Source of the DNA: Nitrospiraceae bacterium
Lineage (GTDB): Bacteria > Nitrospirota > Nitrospiria > Nitrospirales > Nitrospiraceae
Reading direction: 5' to 3'
Assembly: GCA_919902665.1 (NCBI GenBank)
Contig: CAKKRK010000001.1
Coordinates: 11,277 to 75,276, forward strand
DNA length: 64,000 nucleotides
Every line of letters starts with the position of its first letter. The first letter of the stretch is position 1. Positions 40,772 to 50,557 of this stretch are shown in pieces. The position numbers and the translations under genes were made by a program. The notes beneath the pieces were generated by a model. That model did not search any database and was not told the DNA's origin. It was given only the letters and a program-made list of their open reading frames with translations.

Positions 40772-41824
40772 TTACTTCGGAAATGCCTTCGGCTCCGTGA
40801 CATGTTGCCACCCTTCGCCGTTGAGCGTACGGAGAAACGCCACCAGATCATGCTTTTCCTGATCCGTTAGCTCAAGGGGAATAACGAGATTGTCTTGGTG
40901 GGGATTCTTGACACCACCCTTGTTGTAGAAGTCGACGACTTCTGCAAGCGTCTTGAAGCGCCCGTCGTGCATATATGGGGCGCTTCGCGCGATCTCCCGC
41001 AAGGTCGGAGTCTTAAAGGCGCCAAGTTCCTCAGGGTTCTGCGTGACCATGTAACGGCCAAGATCTACTTTATTGTCGTCCCAGCCGATGCCGAGGTTGT
41101 GAAATTTCTCGTCGGTGAAATTGAACCCGGAGTGGCACTTTGTGCAACGTGCCTTATCTCGGAACAGGATGAGGCCCTTCTGAGCGGCTTCTGGAATGGC
41201 CCCTGCTTCCCCTCCCTGATCGAACCGGTCCGCAGGGCTGTTGCCGGACAGAACGGTGCGCTGGAAGCTGGCGATGGCCATGCCGACCCTTTCCGTTGTG
41301 ATGGTGTCATCCCCGAAGACTTGCTTGAAAAGTTTCCGGTAGCCTGCGATTTTCATCATCTTCGCATTCATCACATCGTAGTTGGCAAAGCCGTGCTCGA
41401 TCGGATTCGTAAACGGACCGACCGATTGAGCTTCCAATGTCGGAGCCCGGCCGTCCCAAAATTGTGTGCTGCTAAACACCCGGTTGAAGGACGCTGGTGC
41501 ACTGCGGCCACCCTTCTGGCCTCGGATACCGGCAGAAACCGGCTTGCCATCCGTGAACGCGAATTTCGCCATATGACAATTCGCACAGGCAATGGTGTTG
41601 TCCTGCGACAACCGCTTGTCAAAAAACAGCAGCCGGCCTAACTCCACCTTCTCCTTCGTCAACGGGTTGTCGGCCGGAATGACCACAGAAGTCTCCTCGA
41701 GACCGAACGGAATCTTGAGCTTGTACTCCTCTGCTTGTACTTCGCTGAAAGGGACTGCCAACAACAGTCCAGCCACCATACACACCCACGCAGATATTGA
41801 AACCGTTAGTTTCCGCCTCTTCAT
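40772..41824 (-). CDS. Di-heme cytochrome c peroxidase (CCP/MauG family)
   Basis: Signal peptide, LGRLLFFDKRLS, CANCH, QFWDGRA, CTKCH, FKTPTLR, PYMHDG. Confidence 0.93.
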   Translation of the reverse strand: MKRRKLTVSISAWVCMVAGLLLAVPFSEVQAEEYKLKIPFGLEETSVVIPADNPLTKEKVELGRLLFFDKRLSQDNTIACANCHMAKFAFTDGKPVSAGIRGQKGGRSAPASFNRVFSSTQFWDGRAPTLEAQSVGPFTNPIEHGFANYDVMNAKMMKIAGYRKLFKQVFGDDTITTERVGMAIASFQRTVLSGNSPADRFDQGGEAGAIPEAAQKGLILFRDKARCTKCHSGFNFTDEKFHNLGIGWDDNKVDLGRYMVTQNPEELGAFKTPTLREIARSAPYMHDGRFKTLAEVVDFYNKGGVKNPHQDNLVIPLELTDQEKHDLVAFLRTLNGEGWQHVTEPKAFPK

Positions 41825-41999
41825 CTTTATTTCCTCCCTTCGTGCATTGACAGAAGTGTCATTGCGCTTTGGTTATACATGTGAACCAAATGTGCTCCTC
41901 TTCAAGTGGCTTGCAGCCCCTCGCCCACATTGGCACCCATCGCATGAGTCGCCTCACCCCCCTGCATTCGGCCGGTTCAAGTCCAGGGTGAGATGTCCC

Positions 42000-42326
42000 C
42001 TACTCCGGCAGGCTTCGGATCATCCATGTCGTCTTTTCATACACCTGCATACGCATGGTCCGCAGAACGTTTGTCAGCTGACTCAAGGCCTTCTCAGCCG
42101 TTGGAAAGACGTCCCGGGATGTTCGCACTAACGCCTCTTGCCCATCGACCAACTGGCGGATCCTATCATCGACCACCATAGTAGTACCGACGAGCGCCTC
42201 GTCATATCATGACTCGTGCTGCCGACTCAATCCGCAGGCAATCGCCGGTCTCACGGAACAAACTAGCACACCAGCCGCAACCAGGCCAGCCCTGCATCCG
42301 ACGATCGACCAACTTTTCATGTTCAT
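42000..42326 (-). pseudogene. dps: Degraded Dps (DNA starvation/stationary-phase protection) gene remnant
   Basis: 42000..42179 translates to MVVDDRIRQLVDGQEALVRTSRDVFPTAEKALSQLTNVLRTMRMQVYEKTTWMIRSLPE*, resembling a Dps C-terminus. Upstream AIACGLSR resembles a Dps N-terminus but is followed by TGA, and the middle is missing. Confidence 0.7.
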
Positions 42327-42468
42327 GGCCTCCGCCTTCCGACCAGCGACATGTCGCGATCCTTCGTTCGCCTGATGGAACATCAAAGTAACCGCTCTCA
42401 CAAAATAAGTCCAATTGAGAAGATATATTTTCTATATTAGTATTTCTTATTCATGAAAGGAGCCGGAG

Positions 42469-43392
42469 ATGACACTGACGGAATTGCAGTACATCGTGGT
42501 CGTGGCACAGGAACGGCATTTCGGCCGCGCTGCGGAACGAGCATTCGTGACCCAACCGGCATTGAGTCTGGCGATCAAGAAGTTGGAAGATGAATTGGGT
42601 ACGATGATTTTTGAACGACGCCGGAGCCGAATCGAACTGACTCCGCTCGGCGAGCAAATCGTCCATCAAGCGCAGCGTGTACTAGAAGAAGCGGAACACA
42701 TCAAACTCATCGCGGCGCAAGGTAAAGATCAACTGAATGGACTGCTGCGGTTCGGGGTCATCGCCACCGTCGGGCCTTATATCCTGCCAGATCTAATCCC
42801 AATTCTTTACAAGCGCGCGCCAGCGATGCCGTTCGAAATCGAAGAAAGTTTGACGGCCAATCTGACCGCGATGCTCAAGAACGGGAAATTAGATGTGATC
42901 ATGGTGGCCCTGCCGTTTGAAGAGCTGGGCATTCACACTCAAGCCCTCTATGACGAGCCGTTCAAAGCAGTGGTCCCAGTTGGGCATCGGTGGGAGCACA
43001 AGAAACAGATCGACGCGCGGGAACTCGACGGCGAAAAAGTGTTACTACTCCATGCCGGGCACTGTTTTCGCCAGCAGGTGTTGAGTGCTTGCCCAGAACT
43101 GAGCCGATCCGATACGGAAGGCCTACAGGGAAACTCTCTTGAAACGATTCGCCAGATGGTCGCGTCAGGGTTAGGCGTCACCGTGCTACCCTGCAGTGCT
43201 CTCACGAAGAAGTACGCAAACAAGCGATTGATCGCCATCGACCTGGCAAAACCGGTACCGGGGCGTCGAATCGGACTCGCGTGGCGCCGTGGGTTTACAC
43301 GGCCACAAGTGATCGACGTGATCCGGGACGCAATCCATGGACTGAAGATGCCAGGATTGAGCATGGTGCCAGGCGAACACCGATCGGGATGA
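42469..43392 (+). CDS. oxyR: LysR-family hydrogen-peroxide-inducible genes activator
   Basis: LysR HTH (HFGRAAERAFVTQPALS), GVIATVGPY, GHCFRQQVLSAC with both redox Cys, GNSLETIRQMVASG. Confidence 0.92.
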   Translation: MTLTELQYIVVVAQERHFGRAAERAFVTQPALSLAIKKLEDELGTMIFERRRSRIELTPLGEQIVHQAQRVLEEAEHIKLIAAQGKDQLNGLLRFGVIATVGPYILPDLIPILYKRAPAMPFEIEESLTANLTAMLKNGKLDVIMVALPFEELGIHTQALYDEPFKAVVPVGHRWEHKKQIDARELDGEKVLLLHAGHCFRQQVLSACPELSRSDTEGLQGNSLETIRQMVASGLGVTVLPCSALTKKYANKRLIAIDLAKPVPGRRIGLAWRRGFTRPQVIDVIRDAIHGLKMPGLSMVPGEHRSG

Positions 43393-43476
43393 CACCTCTC
43401 AGCATTTCTTCTGGACGCTTGTTGCGCTCAATGACTTTTGTTAGGATGCCGCCGACTCAACTGAAGCACGGCTTTC

Positions 43477-44250
43477 ATGAAAATCGCCACGTTCAACGTC
43501 AATTCATTGCGCAAACGCTTGCCGATCGTGCTGGAATGGCTCGATCGACACAAACCGGATGTGCTGTGCCTTCAGGAAACCAAGGTTCAGGATAGCGAGT
43601 TTCCCTTGCTCGCGCTGGCACCCAGCGGGTACGAAGTCACGTTTCGAGGGATGAAATCGTATAACGGGGTGGCGATTCTCAGCCGAAAGAAGCCGGACTC
43701 CGTGTTCTATGGATTCGACGATGGAGGAGACCCGGAAGACGCTCGTTTGCTGAGAGTGATCATCGATGGGATTCCCATCGTGAACACCTACGTGCCGCAG
43801 GGGTTCGAAATCGACTCGCCGAAGTATGCCTACAAGCTCGCCTGGTACGAACGACTACGGAACTACTTCAACACACACCTGTCACCGCAAGCCCCGGCGA
43901 TCTGGTGCGGAGATATGAACGTAGCCCCACGCCCCATGGACGTCCACGGTCCGGAGAAACATCTGAACCATGTCTGCTACCACGAAGCCGCGCGTAAGGC
44001 ATATGAACAGACGGTGGCATGGGGATTTCAAGATGTCTTTGTGAAACTCTACCCAACACGTCAACAATATACATTCTGGGACTACCGCGCGCCGAGCTCA
44101 CTTGCGGCCAACAAAGGGTGGCGGATCGATCACATAATGGCCACCGCACCACTCGCGGATACATGCGTGCAGGTGGATGTGGACGTCGAGCCGCGGCGAG
44201 CGAAAGAACCGTCAGACCACACTTTTTTGTGGGCTGAGTTTTCGATCTGA
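43477..44250 (+). CDS. xth: Exodeoxyribonuclease III
   Basis: MKIATFNVNS, LQETK, YNGVAI, NTYVP, GDMNVA, WRIDH, SDH. Confidence 0.95.
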   Translation: MKIATFNVNSLRKRLPIVLEWLDRHKPDVLCLQETKVQDSEFPLLALAPSGYEVTFRGMKSYNGVAILSRKKPDSVFYGFDDGGDPEDARLLRVIIDGIPIVNTYVPQGFEIDSPKYAYKLAWYERLRNYFNTHLSPQAPAIWCGDMNVAPRPMDVHGPEKHLNHVCYHEAARKAYEQTVAWGFQDVFVKLYPTRQQYTFWDYRAPSSLAANKGWRIDHIMATAPLADTCVQVDVDVEPRRAKEPSDHTFLWAEFSI

Positions 44251-44326
44251 CCGTGCGCGCGACATCCACTCCAACCATGCCGATCAATCCCGCAGTCTTG
44301 TGGCTGACCGGAATGGGACTCCGCTC

Positions 44327-44482
44327 CTAGGCCGCCTTGGCTCGCATATGGTTGCTGCGATTCTGCTCGATCAAGGGATCAATGATCAGTCCACAATTGA
44401 GACAGCGCAGAATAACGGTACTAGACGAGACCGCCGGTTGACGCTCTTGGATCATCAGGCCTTTGCATTTCAGACAAGTCAT
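44327..44482 (-). CDS. Small zinc-ribbon protein (51 aa)
   Basis: MTCLKCKGLM...RCLNCG..IDP, GGAG RBS. Confidence 0.7.
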   Translation of the reverse strand: MTCLKCKGLMIQERQPAVSSSTVILRCLNCGLIIDPLIEQNRSNHMRAKAA

Positions 44483-44725
44483 GGTGTCTCTCCTGCTGAG
44501 ATGAATGATGACAATCACATCACATATGCACGAGGAGTACAGTAGCACCGTGAGATTAACCCCGAGTTAACAGCCAGTTAAAAGTCTCTAATGTCGCGTT
44601 CGGTCATCATCTAACTTTTCAGCACGTTATGCCTCGTGCCTACCGGTGTGAACGTTCAACTCTCCGCGAGGAAACCACGGACTCAGCTACGAAGTCCTGT
44701 ACTGAAAGTAGTTGAGAAACACTCC

Positions 44726-46027
44726 ATGAAGAATCCAACACCATCCCCCGATAAAACATCCACGGCGGATGTGGCAATTATTGGCGGAGGAGCGGCTGGC
44801 CTTGCCGCTGCCATCGCAGCGAAAGAACACAGCCAAGACGCAAGGATCTACCTACTCGATGGGGCTAGGTCATTGGGGGCCAAAATTCTGGTCTCAGGAG
44901 GAGGACGTTGCAACGTCACGCATGATGGCGTGACACCGAAGGATTTTTTTGGCAATCGGCACATCGTCCGCAACATTCTCGCGGCATTTTCCGTCGAACA
45001 GACGATCGCGTGGTTTACCTCACTCGGTGTTGAACTGAAACGCGAAGACACCGGCAAGATGTTTCCTACCACCGACAAGGCACGCACTGTTCTTAATGCA
45101 CTGCTTACGCGTGCGCAGGATTCGGGTGTCACGATATGCCTAGATCATCGTGTGAACGCGGTTGTTCGGTCGGGATCCGGCTTTGAAGTTCGGCATCGCA
45201 ATGGCCTGCTCTATGCCGACCGACTCATTCTCGCCACCGGTGGTCAGTCGTTGCCGAAAACAGGCAGCGATGGATTCGGGTATCGGCTGGCCCACTTTCT
45301 CGGTCATCATGTGACACCGACTGTCCCCGCGTTAGTACCGCTCCTGTTGCACCGCTCCATGTTTCACACGACACTCTCAGGCCTCTCGCAGGAAGTAATG
45401 CTGACAACTCTGGTGGATGGTCAAGAAGTTGATCGACGCACAGGGAGCCTACTCTGGACCCATTTCGGGATCAGTGGCCCCGTCGTCATGGACGCCAGCC
45501 GCTTCTGGACCCTTGCAACGAATCGAGGCGCACGTGTGGATCTCTATGGCAACTTCGTGCCGGGTAGATCATCTGAGGCATTGAAGGAATGGTTTCTCAG
45601 ACAGACCGTTGAGCACCCGAAGCGCTCGCTCGTACGAACCCTCTCGTTACTGGTCCCTGAGCGCTTTGCCGAATCACTCTGCCGTCATAGTTCTTGCGAT
45701 CCGCAGCACATCACGGCTCAGATCGCACGCACGGATCGAGATCGGTTGTTGAACGCTCTGACCAGGTTTCGATTTCCGATCGAGGGCGACCGCGGGTGGA
45801 ACTTTGCTGAAGTCACGGCCGGAGGCGTGCCCTTGGAGGAAATCGACTATCGCACGATGGAATCAAAGCTGCTCCCTGGGCTGTATCTCGCTGGGGAGCT
45901 GTTGGATTGCGACGGCCGAATCGGGGGGTTCAATTTTCAGTGGGCTTGGACGACAGGCGGGCTGGCGGGGCGGTCAGCAGCCAAGAGCCTTCTTGCGAAA
46001 AATCGGCATCAGGAAGCCCATGATTGA
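44726..46027 (+). CDS. NAD(P)/FAD-dependent oxidoreductase, HI0933/BaiN family
   Basis: IIGGGAAG, KILVSGGGRCNVT, GKMFP, LATGG..P.TGSDGFG, FTHFG-like WTHFGISGP, TAGGV, GGFNFQWA. Confidence 0.92.
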   Translation: MKNPTPSPDKTSTADVAIIGGGAAGLAAAIAAKEHSQDARIYLLDGARSLGAKILVSGGGRCNVTHDGVTPKDFFGNRHIVRNILAAFSVEQTIAWFTSLGVELKREDTGKMFPTTDKARTVLNALLTRAQDSGVTICLDHRVNAVVRSGSGFEVRHRNGLLYADRLILATGGQSLPKTGSDGFGYRLAHFLGHHVTPTVPALVPLLLHRSMFHTTLSGLSQEVMLTTLVDGQEVDRRTGSLLWTHFGISGPVVMDASRFWTLATNRGARVDLYGNFVPGRSSEALKEWFLRQTVEHPKRSLVRTLSLLVPERFAESLCRHSSCDPQHITAQIARTDRDRLLNALTRFRFPIEGDRGWNFAEVTAGGVPLEEIDYRTMESKLLPGLYLAGELLDCDGRIGGFNFQWAWTTGGLAGRSAAKSLLAKNRHQEAHD

Positions 46028-46074
46028 CGGGTTGACTCCCCTTCCCTTTCGGCACGAGCTTCCCACACCCAAGA

Positions 46075-46899
46075 TCACCACACGCCTGCCTCTGCCTCCG
46101 TACAAGCCTTGGCCCTAGGAAGAGTCCGATACGAAGCTGCTCCTTCCTTCATGGACGGCTCATTGGGGGGCAACATCCTCACCTGGAGCTTTTCTTCAGC
46201 GAACGCCTCATCGTTGGTCCGCAAGACGCCTTCACGATTCAATATCTTGACCACATTCGTGCGCGAAACGATCGGTGGGTATTGCCTAAACTGGTCCGCC
46301 GAGACGTAAGAAACCTGGATGGTTACCGGGCGGCGCTTGGCGTAAATAAATTCACGCAGATTGTCGTCAATAGGCGTCTTTAAGGTAACGACCGCCGAAC
46401 TCTCCCCGGGAAGAGTCGCAATCGAGAGGAGATACAATGGCTTCACATCAGGCGGTGCTTCTTTCTGGATGGTGACCACACGATTCGGAGCCATCAAGAG
46501 CTGCGTCAACTGATTGATGGCGGGAGACCGGACACCCACCCGCAAATTTGTGATGTCGCGATCGGACACATTTTCGAGCAACAGCTTGATGAGCACCCAT
46601 GCTTGCGAATCGGGGGCTTTGGCCCGACCATTCGGCACCGATTGTTCCTCTCGGCGGATGCTGCAATCAGACACCAGATTGCGTCGTTCAAAGAAATAGA
46701 GCGTATTCATCCCCTGTGGCTGAATGCCCCGTTCATACGTATAGAATGATACGCCGACATGAATCATCGTCGGTCTGAACCAGTTCACAACCGTCGGGAG
46801 GACAAAGGGGACAAAGGCCGCAAACAGGCCAAGAATGGCAACCTTACTAAGGAGGCTTTGCCGCCAGAACCAGTTCCAGCACTTCGTCAACCACGCCAT
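46075..46899 (-). CDS. Hypothetical membrane-anchored protein
   Basis: N-terminal TM helix followed by a beta-rich soluble region; no family recognised. Confidence 0.6.
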   Translation of the reverse strand: MAWLTKCWNWFWRQSLLSKVAILGLFAAFVPFVLPTVVNWFRPTMIHVGVSFYTYERGIQPQGMNTLYFFERRNLVSDCSIRREEQSVPNGRAKAPDSQAWVLIKLLLENVSDRDITNLRVGVRSPAINQLTQLLMAPNRVVTIQKEAPPDVKPLYLLSIATLPGESSAVVTLKTPIDDNLREFIYAKRRPVTIQVSYVSADQFRQYPPIVSRTNVVKILNREGVLRTNDEAFAEEKLQVRMLPPNEPSMKEGAASYRTLPRAKACTEAEAGVW

Positions 46900-47038
46900 G
46901 AAAACCTTGCCTGATGTTCTTGGTCTTGCATATGCTAACCATACGCCCTTGGAGGAACTCCAGACAAGGGTAAGACTGGTCCTTGACTGTCGCCGTTCCA
47001 AGGCGCCATGCTGATCGTGAATCAGCTCAAGAGGATCA

Positions 47039-47260
47039 ATGTCGGAGAAGCAGTCTAGAGAAGCTCACGAGACGGATCGGCGGATCACCATCCGCTGGAA
47101 AGGGATGCTTGCGCTCGGTACCGCCCTCATTGCGCTGGGGCTCTTTGTCGAGTGGCCCCCTCCGCAGGAAGCCAGCGTACCAACCACGTCATCCTTCCTG
47201 ATCATCCTCGGTGGGCTCCTCGGCGCGGTTGGACTCCTGACTGTACTTCGGGGAAAGTAG
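47039..47260 (+). CDS. Small hypothetical two-TM protein
   Basis: GAGGA RBS, two hydrophobic segments. Confidence 0.6.
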   Translation: MSEKQSREAHETDRRITIRWKGMLALGTALIALGLFVEWPPPQEASVPTTSSFLIILGGLLGAVGLLTVLRGK

Positions 47261-47320
47261 ACGCGTAGATACGGAGAGGCATCCTCTGCGTCTATGGATC
47301 TATTGGGAGATCGGACCGGA

Positions 47321-47611
47321 CTACCGACTTCCCGTCTGGGACTGAACTGCACTCACGCCATATGGGCTGAGGAAGGCAAGCACCTTGTCGCCCACCTTAA
47401 ACTGGCCGCCGAGTTGGGTCTGTTGCGTGAGGTTCAGAATATGGAGCTGCCCTTTTTCATCTCGAATGACCATCGTTCCAGGAATACCGACCGTCATGGA
47501 GACAACTTCTCCTTGAACGGGCGGAAGGGCGAGGGCGGAATTTGGCAGACTGACTATGGTGATGGCCAGAAACAGGAAACCGTTCAGTGCGCTGGTTATA
47601 AGCCGATGCAT
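47321..47611 (-). CDS. Small secreted hypothetical protein (OB-fold-like pattern)
   Basis: Signal peptide ending ALA, VQGEVV..MVIRDEKG..FKVGDKV. Confidence 0.65.
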   Translation of the reverse strand: MHRLITSALNGFLFLAITIVSLPNSALALPPVQGEVVSMTVGIPGTMVIRDEKGQLHILNLTQQTQLGGQFKVGDKVLAFLSPYGVSAVQSQTGSR

Positions 47612-48102
47612 CGCGACATTTCCTTTCCACATGTGGGGACGATCAGTCTCCGTGGCCGCATCATGGTGGCCAGTAGGGATTCCCGGCGCTGACCGGCCTT
47701 CCGTCATTGTATCAGGATGCCTGTTACCTAGGCATACGACGATTGAGCAAGAAGCACATTAACTCGCAACACGCGTAATTCTCCCCTCTAACCGTCGAGA
47801 TGGCTCCAGCGCTCACGCGATCCCATAATAGACCCTTGGTCACGCTTGTCCCCCTGCCCGGTCAGAGTGACGAATCCTGGCCAAATTCATCATCGTGGTC
47901 TTTTCACTGATCCCATAAGATAGAAGGTGCGTCATTCCCCCTGTGTCCCCCAAAACCCAGGCCCCCCAAGGTACGTAACGTGGGCTATGCACTTAGAATT
48001 AGCCCCCCTCTTTCGTGGTAGATATTTCGAGGGATGCGCTCGTCTACTCTCTCCGCTACGCTTGACCTATTAGGCCAATGGACACAAGCGGAAGGAGCAA
48101 CC

Positions 48103-48753
48103 ATGACTAATAGAACGAATCCCGTGCGACGTTACAGTCGGTTTCCGGTCAGCTGGCCCGTGGCATACGGAAATGACGCGCTTCTCGCAGAAGGGACCGT
48201 TCTCGATCTAACCTCTCGGGGCTGGCGAGTGGCAGGATCGATGCCGGTGACACCCGGCATGCAGTTAACCCTGCAGGTATCCATTCCCGAACGGTCGGCA
48301 CCGCTGTGTGTCCATCGAGCGACCGTGCTGTGGGTACTCGATCATGAGTTTGCAATTGAAGCCCATGAGATGGCACCGATCGATCAGGCCTGGGTCACCG
48401 AATTTCTCCGGCACAAACTCGGGCTCATGTGGATGTCACGAACCGCCGATCATGAGACTCCACTTCAGGCCAGAGAAAAAACACCCCATAGTGAGACCGC
48501 CCTATCACAACATTCCATTCCATCCATGGAGGAGGTCCTGCGTCGATTCCTTGCAATTGAAACCGGTTCGGCTGATATGCCTACCGAACTGCGGTGGAAC
48601 AGTGACTCGGAGTTTCAGGAGACCGAGACAGATCCCCTCTGCGACCGCCAGCCCGAGAAGATTTTGCGTGAAGCACGCCGCATTCTTCGACGGATGGTTG
48701 CTCTCAAAGCGGATCGTGTCCGAACCGGCAGAAATCCGATTCTGAACAATTAA
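48103..48753 (+). CDS. PilZ-domain protein with C-terminal extension
   Basis: RRYSRFPV (RxxxR), EGTVLDLTSRGW; strong RBS. Confidence 0.85.
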   Translation: MTNRTNPVRRYSRFPVSWPVAYGNDALLAEGTVLDLTSRGWRVAGSMPVTPGMQLTLQVSIPERSAPLCVHRATVLWVLDHEFAIEAHEMAPIDQAWVTEFLRHKLGLMWMSRTADHETPLQAREKTPHSETALSQHSIPSMEEVLRRFLAIETGSADMPTELRWNSDSEFQETETDPLCDRQPEKILREARRILRRMVALKADRVRTGRNPILNN

Positions 48754-48813
48754 CCCCTCACAAAGAGAAGCCCAACCACCTGTCTCGACGCAAAAGGAAA
48801 AGACACGTGGAGA

Positions 48814-48850
48814 GCCCCAGCAGGGAGCTATGAAAGCTCCCTGCTGGGGC
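48814..48850. terminator. Perfect 16-bp hairpin between convergent genes
   Basis: GCCCCAGCAGGGAGCT-ATGAA-AGCTCCCTGCTGGGGC; degenerate copy near 49924-49960. Confidence 0.75.
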
Positions 48851-48873
48851 AGTCACTTCACCGCGCGTGAACG

Positions 48874-49443
48874 CTATTTCACGCTCACGTCTTCCGAGGC
48901 TTCGCCCTCTACTTGTGGGCTCACCTCGTTGGTTTGGGCCTTCAGGTTCTGCTCAACAGCATTGGGGACCGTGGGATTTGCACAGTTTATGTTTCCCACA
49001 GGATATGACGCATACCTAAGCGTGAAATTGGTATTAACTGCCACTCCGGTGTAATGGTTGACTGTCACCGTGTACCAACCAGAGACAGGTGTATTCGCAA
49101 TCTTGACGAGAGGGCAGAGAAAGCAGGAACCACCAGAGTCGTCATTTCTCCACGCAAGATTATAACGAGGTGCGGTGACCTGCATCCCGAGGTCCACTGC
49201 CTCTCCTGTCACTTCAATACGAAGGCAGCGCCCAACAACGGCTTCGATTTGGGCCACCCACGGTCTGGCGATACTACCTTGCGCAAAGGTTGATCCAAAA
49301 ACGACATGAGAACCACCATTAATTGCGGTGCTCGTGCTAGTAGGTGCCAGTAGCTCTGTGGCCCCTGCAGTCCCAACCATGAGGGCGACGCTAAGGACAG
49401 CTCCTCCGGCCGCTAACCATTTGGCAATTGTCTGCTTTACCAT
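48874..49443 (-). CDS. Secreted Cys-containing protein, copy 1 (PPC-like beta-sandwich)
   Basis: Signal peptide, GRCLRI, RNDDSGGSCFLCPLVKIANTP, GWY, AAGGAG RBS. Confidence 0.75.
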   Translation of the reverse strand: MVKQTIAKWLAAGGAVLSVALMVGTAGATELLAPTSTSTAINGGSHVVFGSTFAQGSIARPWVAQIEAVVGRCLRIEVTGEAVDLGMQVTAPRYNLAWRNDDSGGSCFLCPLVKIANTPVSGWYTVTVNHYTGVAVNTNFTLRYASYPVGNINCANPTVPNAVEQNLKAQTNEVSPQVEGEASEDVSVK

Positions 49444-49635
49444 AATGCAATCTCCTTCTTTGCCGGATCTTACCGGCTCATTGAGTGAATCAAAAATCAG
49501 TGAAGGCCCAACATCCCTCACCAACCCTGCACCAGGTGCAGGCACCTCTGAAGCCAATCAAGCTCATCCCTCGTTTCCTCTGCTCATGGTGAGACCGCTC
49601 AGCCACAGCCTCCTGCTCCCTCTGAGGAGGATGTT

Positions 49636-49851
49636 TTGCGTCGATTCCTTGCGATTGAGAACACTGCGACTGACAGGCCTGCCGAGCTGCGATGGCATGG
49701 TGACTCGGAGTTGCAGGAGACCGAGGCACATACCTTCTGCGATCGCCCGTCCGAGCAGGTCCTACGCGAAGCACACCGCATCCTTCGACACATAATTGCT
49801 CTCAACGCTGATCGTGTCCGGACCGGCAGAAATCCGATTCCGGACAATTAA
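49636..49851 (+). pseudogene. Duplicated 3' segment of the PilZ gene (remnant or 71-aa stand-alone ORF)
   Basis: RRFLAIE..ELRW..DSE.QETE..CDR..E..LREA.RILR...L.ADRVRTGRNPI..N matches the 48103..48753 C-terminus. Confidence 0.7.
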
Positions 49852-49984
49852 CCCTTCGCGAAAAAAGCCCAGCCATCTATACCTCAACAGCAGGTCGACG
49901 AAAGAAGGAAGGCGACGGAGAGAGCCCCAGCAGGGAGCTATGGAAGCACCCTGCTGGAGCCTTCACTCCCACCGCACGTGGGCG

Positions 49985-50557
49985 CTATTGTCCAGTTGGT
50001 CCCCCTTCTTCTCCTTGTTGCTGTATCTCCGCTGCCGGGTTCTTCTGGAGCTTCACAGCCTCATCAGAAGCAACGACTGGAATCGTCGCACCTGCACAGT
50101 TGACGTTGCCAACCGGATAGTGTTGGTACTGCAGTGTAAAATCGGCAGCCACTGCGGTTCCAGCAAAGTGATTGATAGACACAGCATACCAACCACGGTT
50201 AGGGGTATTCGCAATCTTGACGAGAGGGCACAACGGGCAGACAGCCCCCCCTTGGTCGTCGTTCCTGAATACCTGACCATTAGGGGCGCGAACGACTGTC
50301 TCGAGGTCCGTGCCCTGTGCGGTCACAGCAATCCGAAGGCAACGCCCGGCGGGGGCCCAAAGTTCCGCAACCCAGGGATCGTTGTTTGAAAGGAATGATC
50401 CCACAGTTCCTTGAATGGTGCGAGCACTACCGTTAATTGCCGTGCTCGTGCTTCCAGTTGTGAACATGTTCGTGGCCCAAGTGGACCCAACCATCAGGAC
50501 GACGCCGAGGACGACTGCTCCGGCCCCTAACAATTTTACCGCTGTCTTTTTTACCAT
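49985..50557 (-). CDS. Secreted Cys-containing protein, copy 2
   Basis: Paralog of 48874..49443: TSTAINGS, PWVA, GRCLRI, RNDD.GG..CPLCPLVKIANTP, YPVGNVNCA. Confidence 0.8.
   Translation of the reverse strand: MVKKTAVKLLGAGAVVLGVVLMVGSTWATNMFTTGSTSTAINGSARTIQGTVGSFLSNNDPWVAELWAPAGRCLRIAVTAQGTDLETVVRAPNGQVFRNDDQGGAVCPLCPLVKIANTPNRGWYAVSINHFAGTAVAADFTLQYQHYPVGNVNCAGATIPVVASDEAVKLQKNPAAEIQQQGEEGGPTGQ

Noticed and set aside
42400-42460. OxyR box (ATAG-N7-CTAT repeats) in the AT-rich dps/oxyR spacer
   Set aside because: Only one loose half-match (AGAT-N7-CTAT). Plausible by context but not demonstrable from the sequence.
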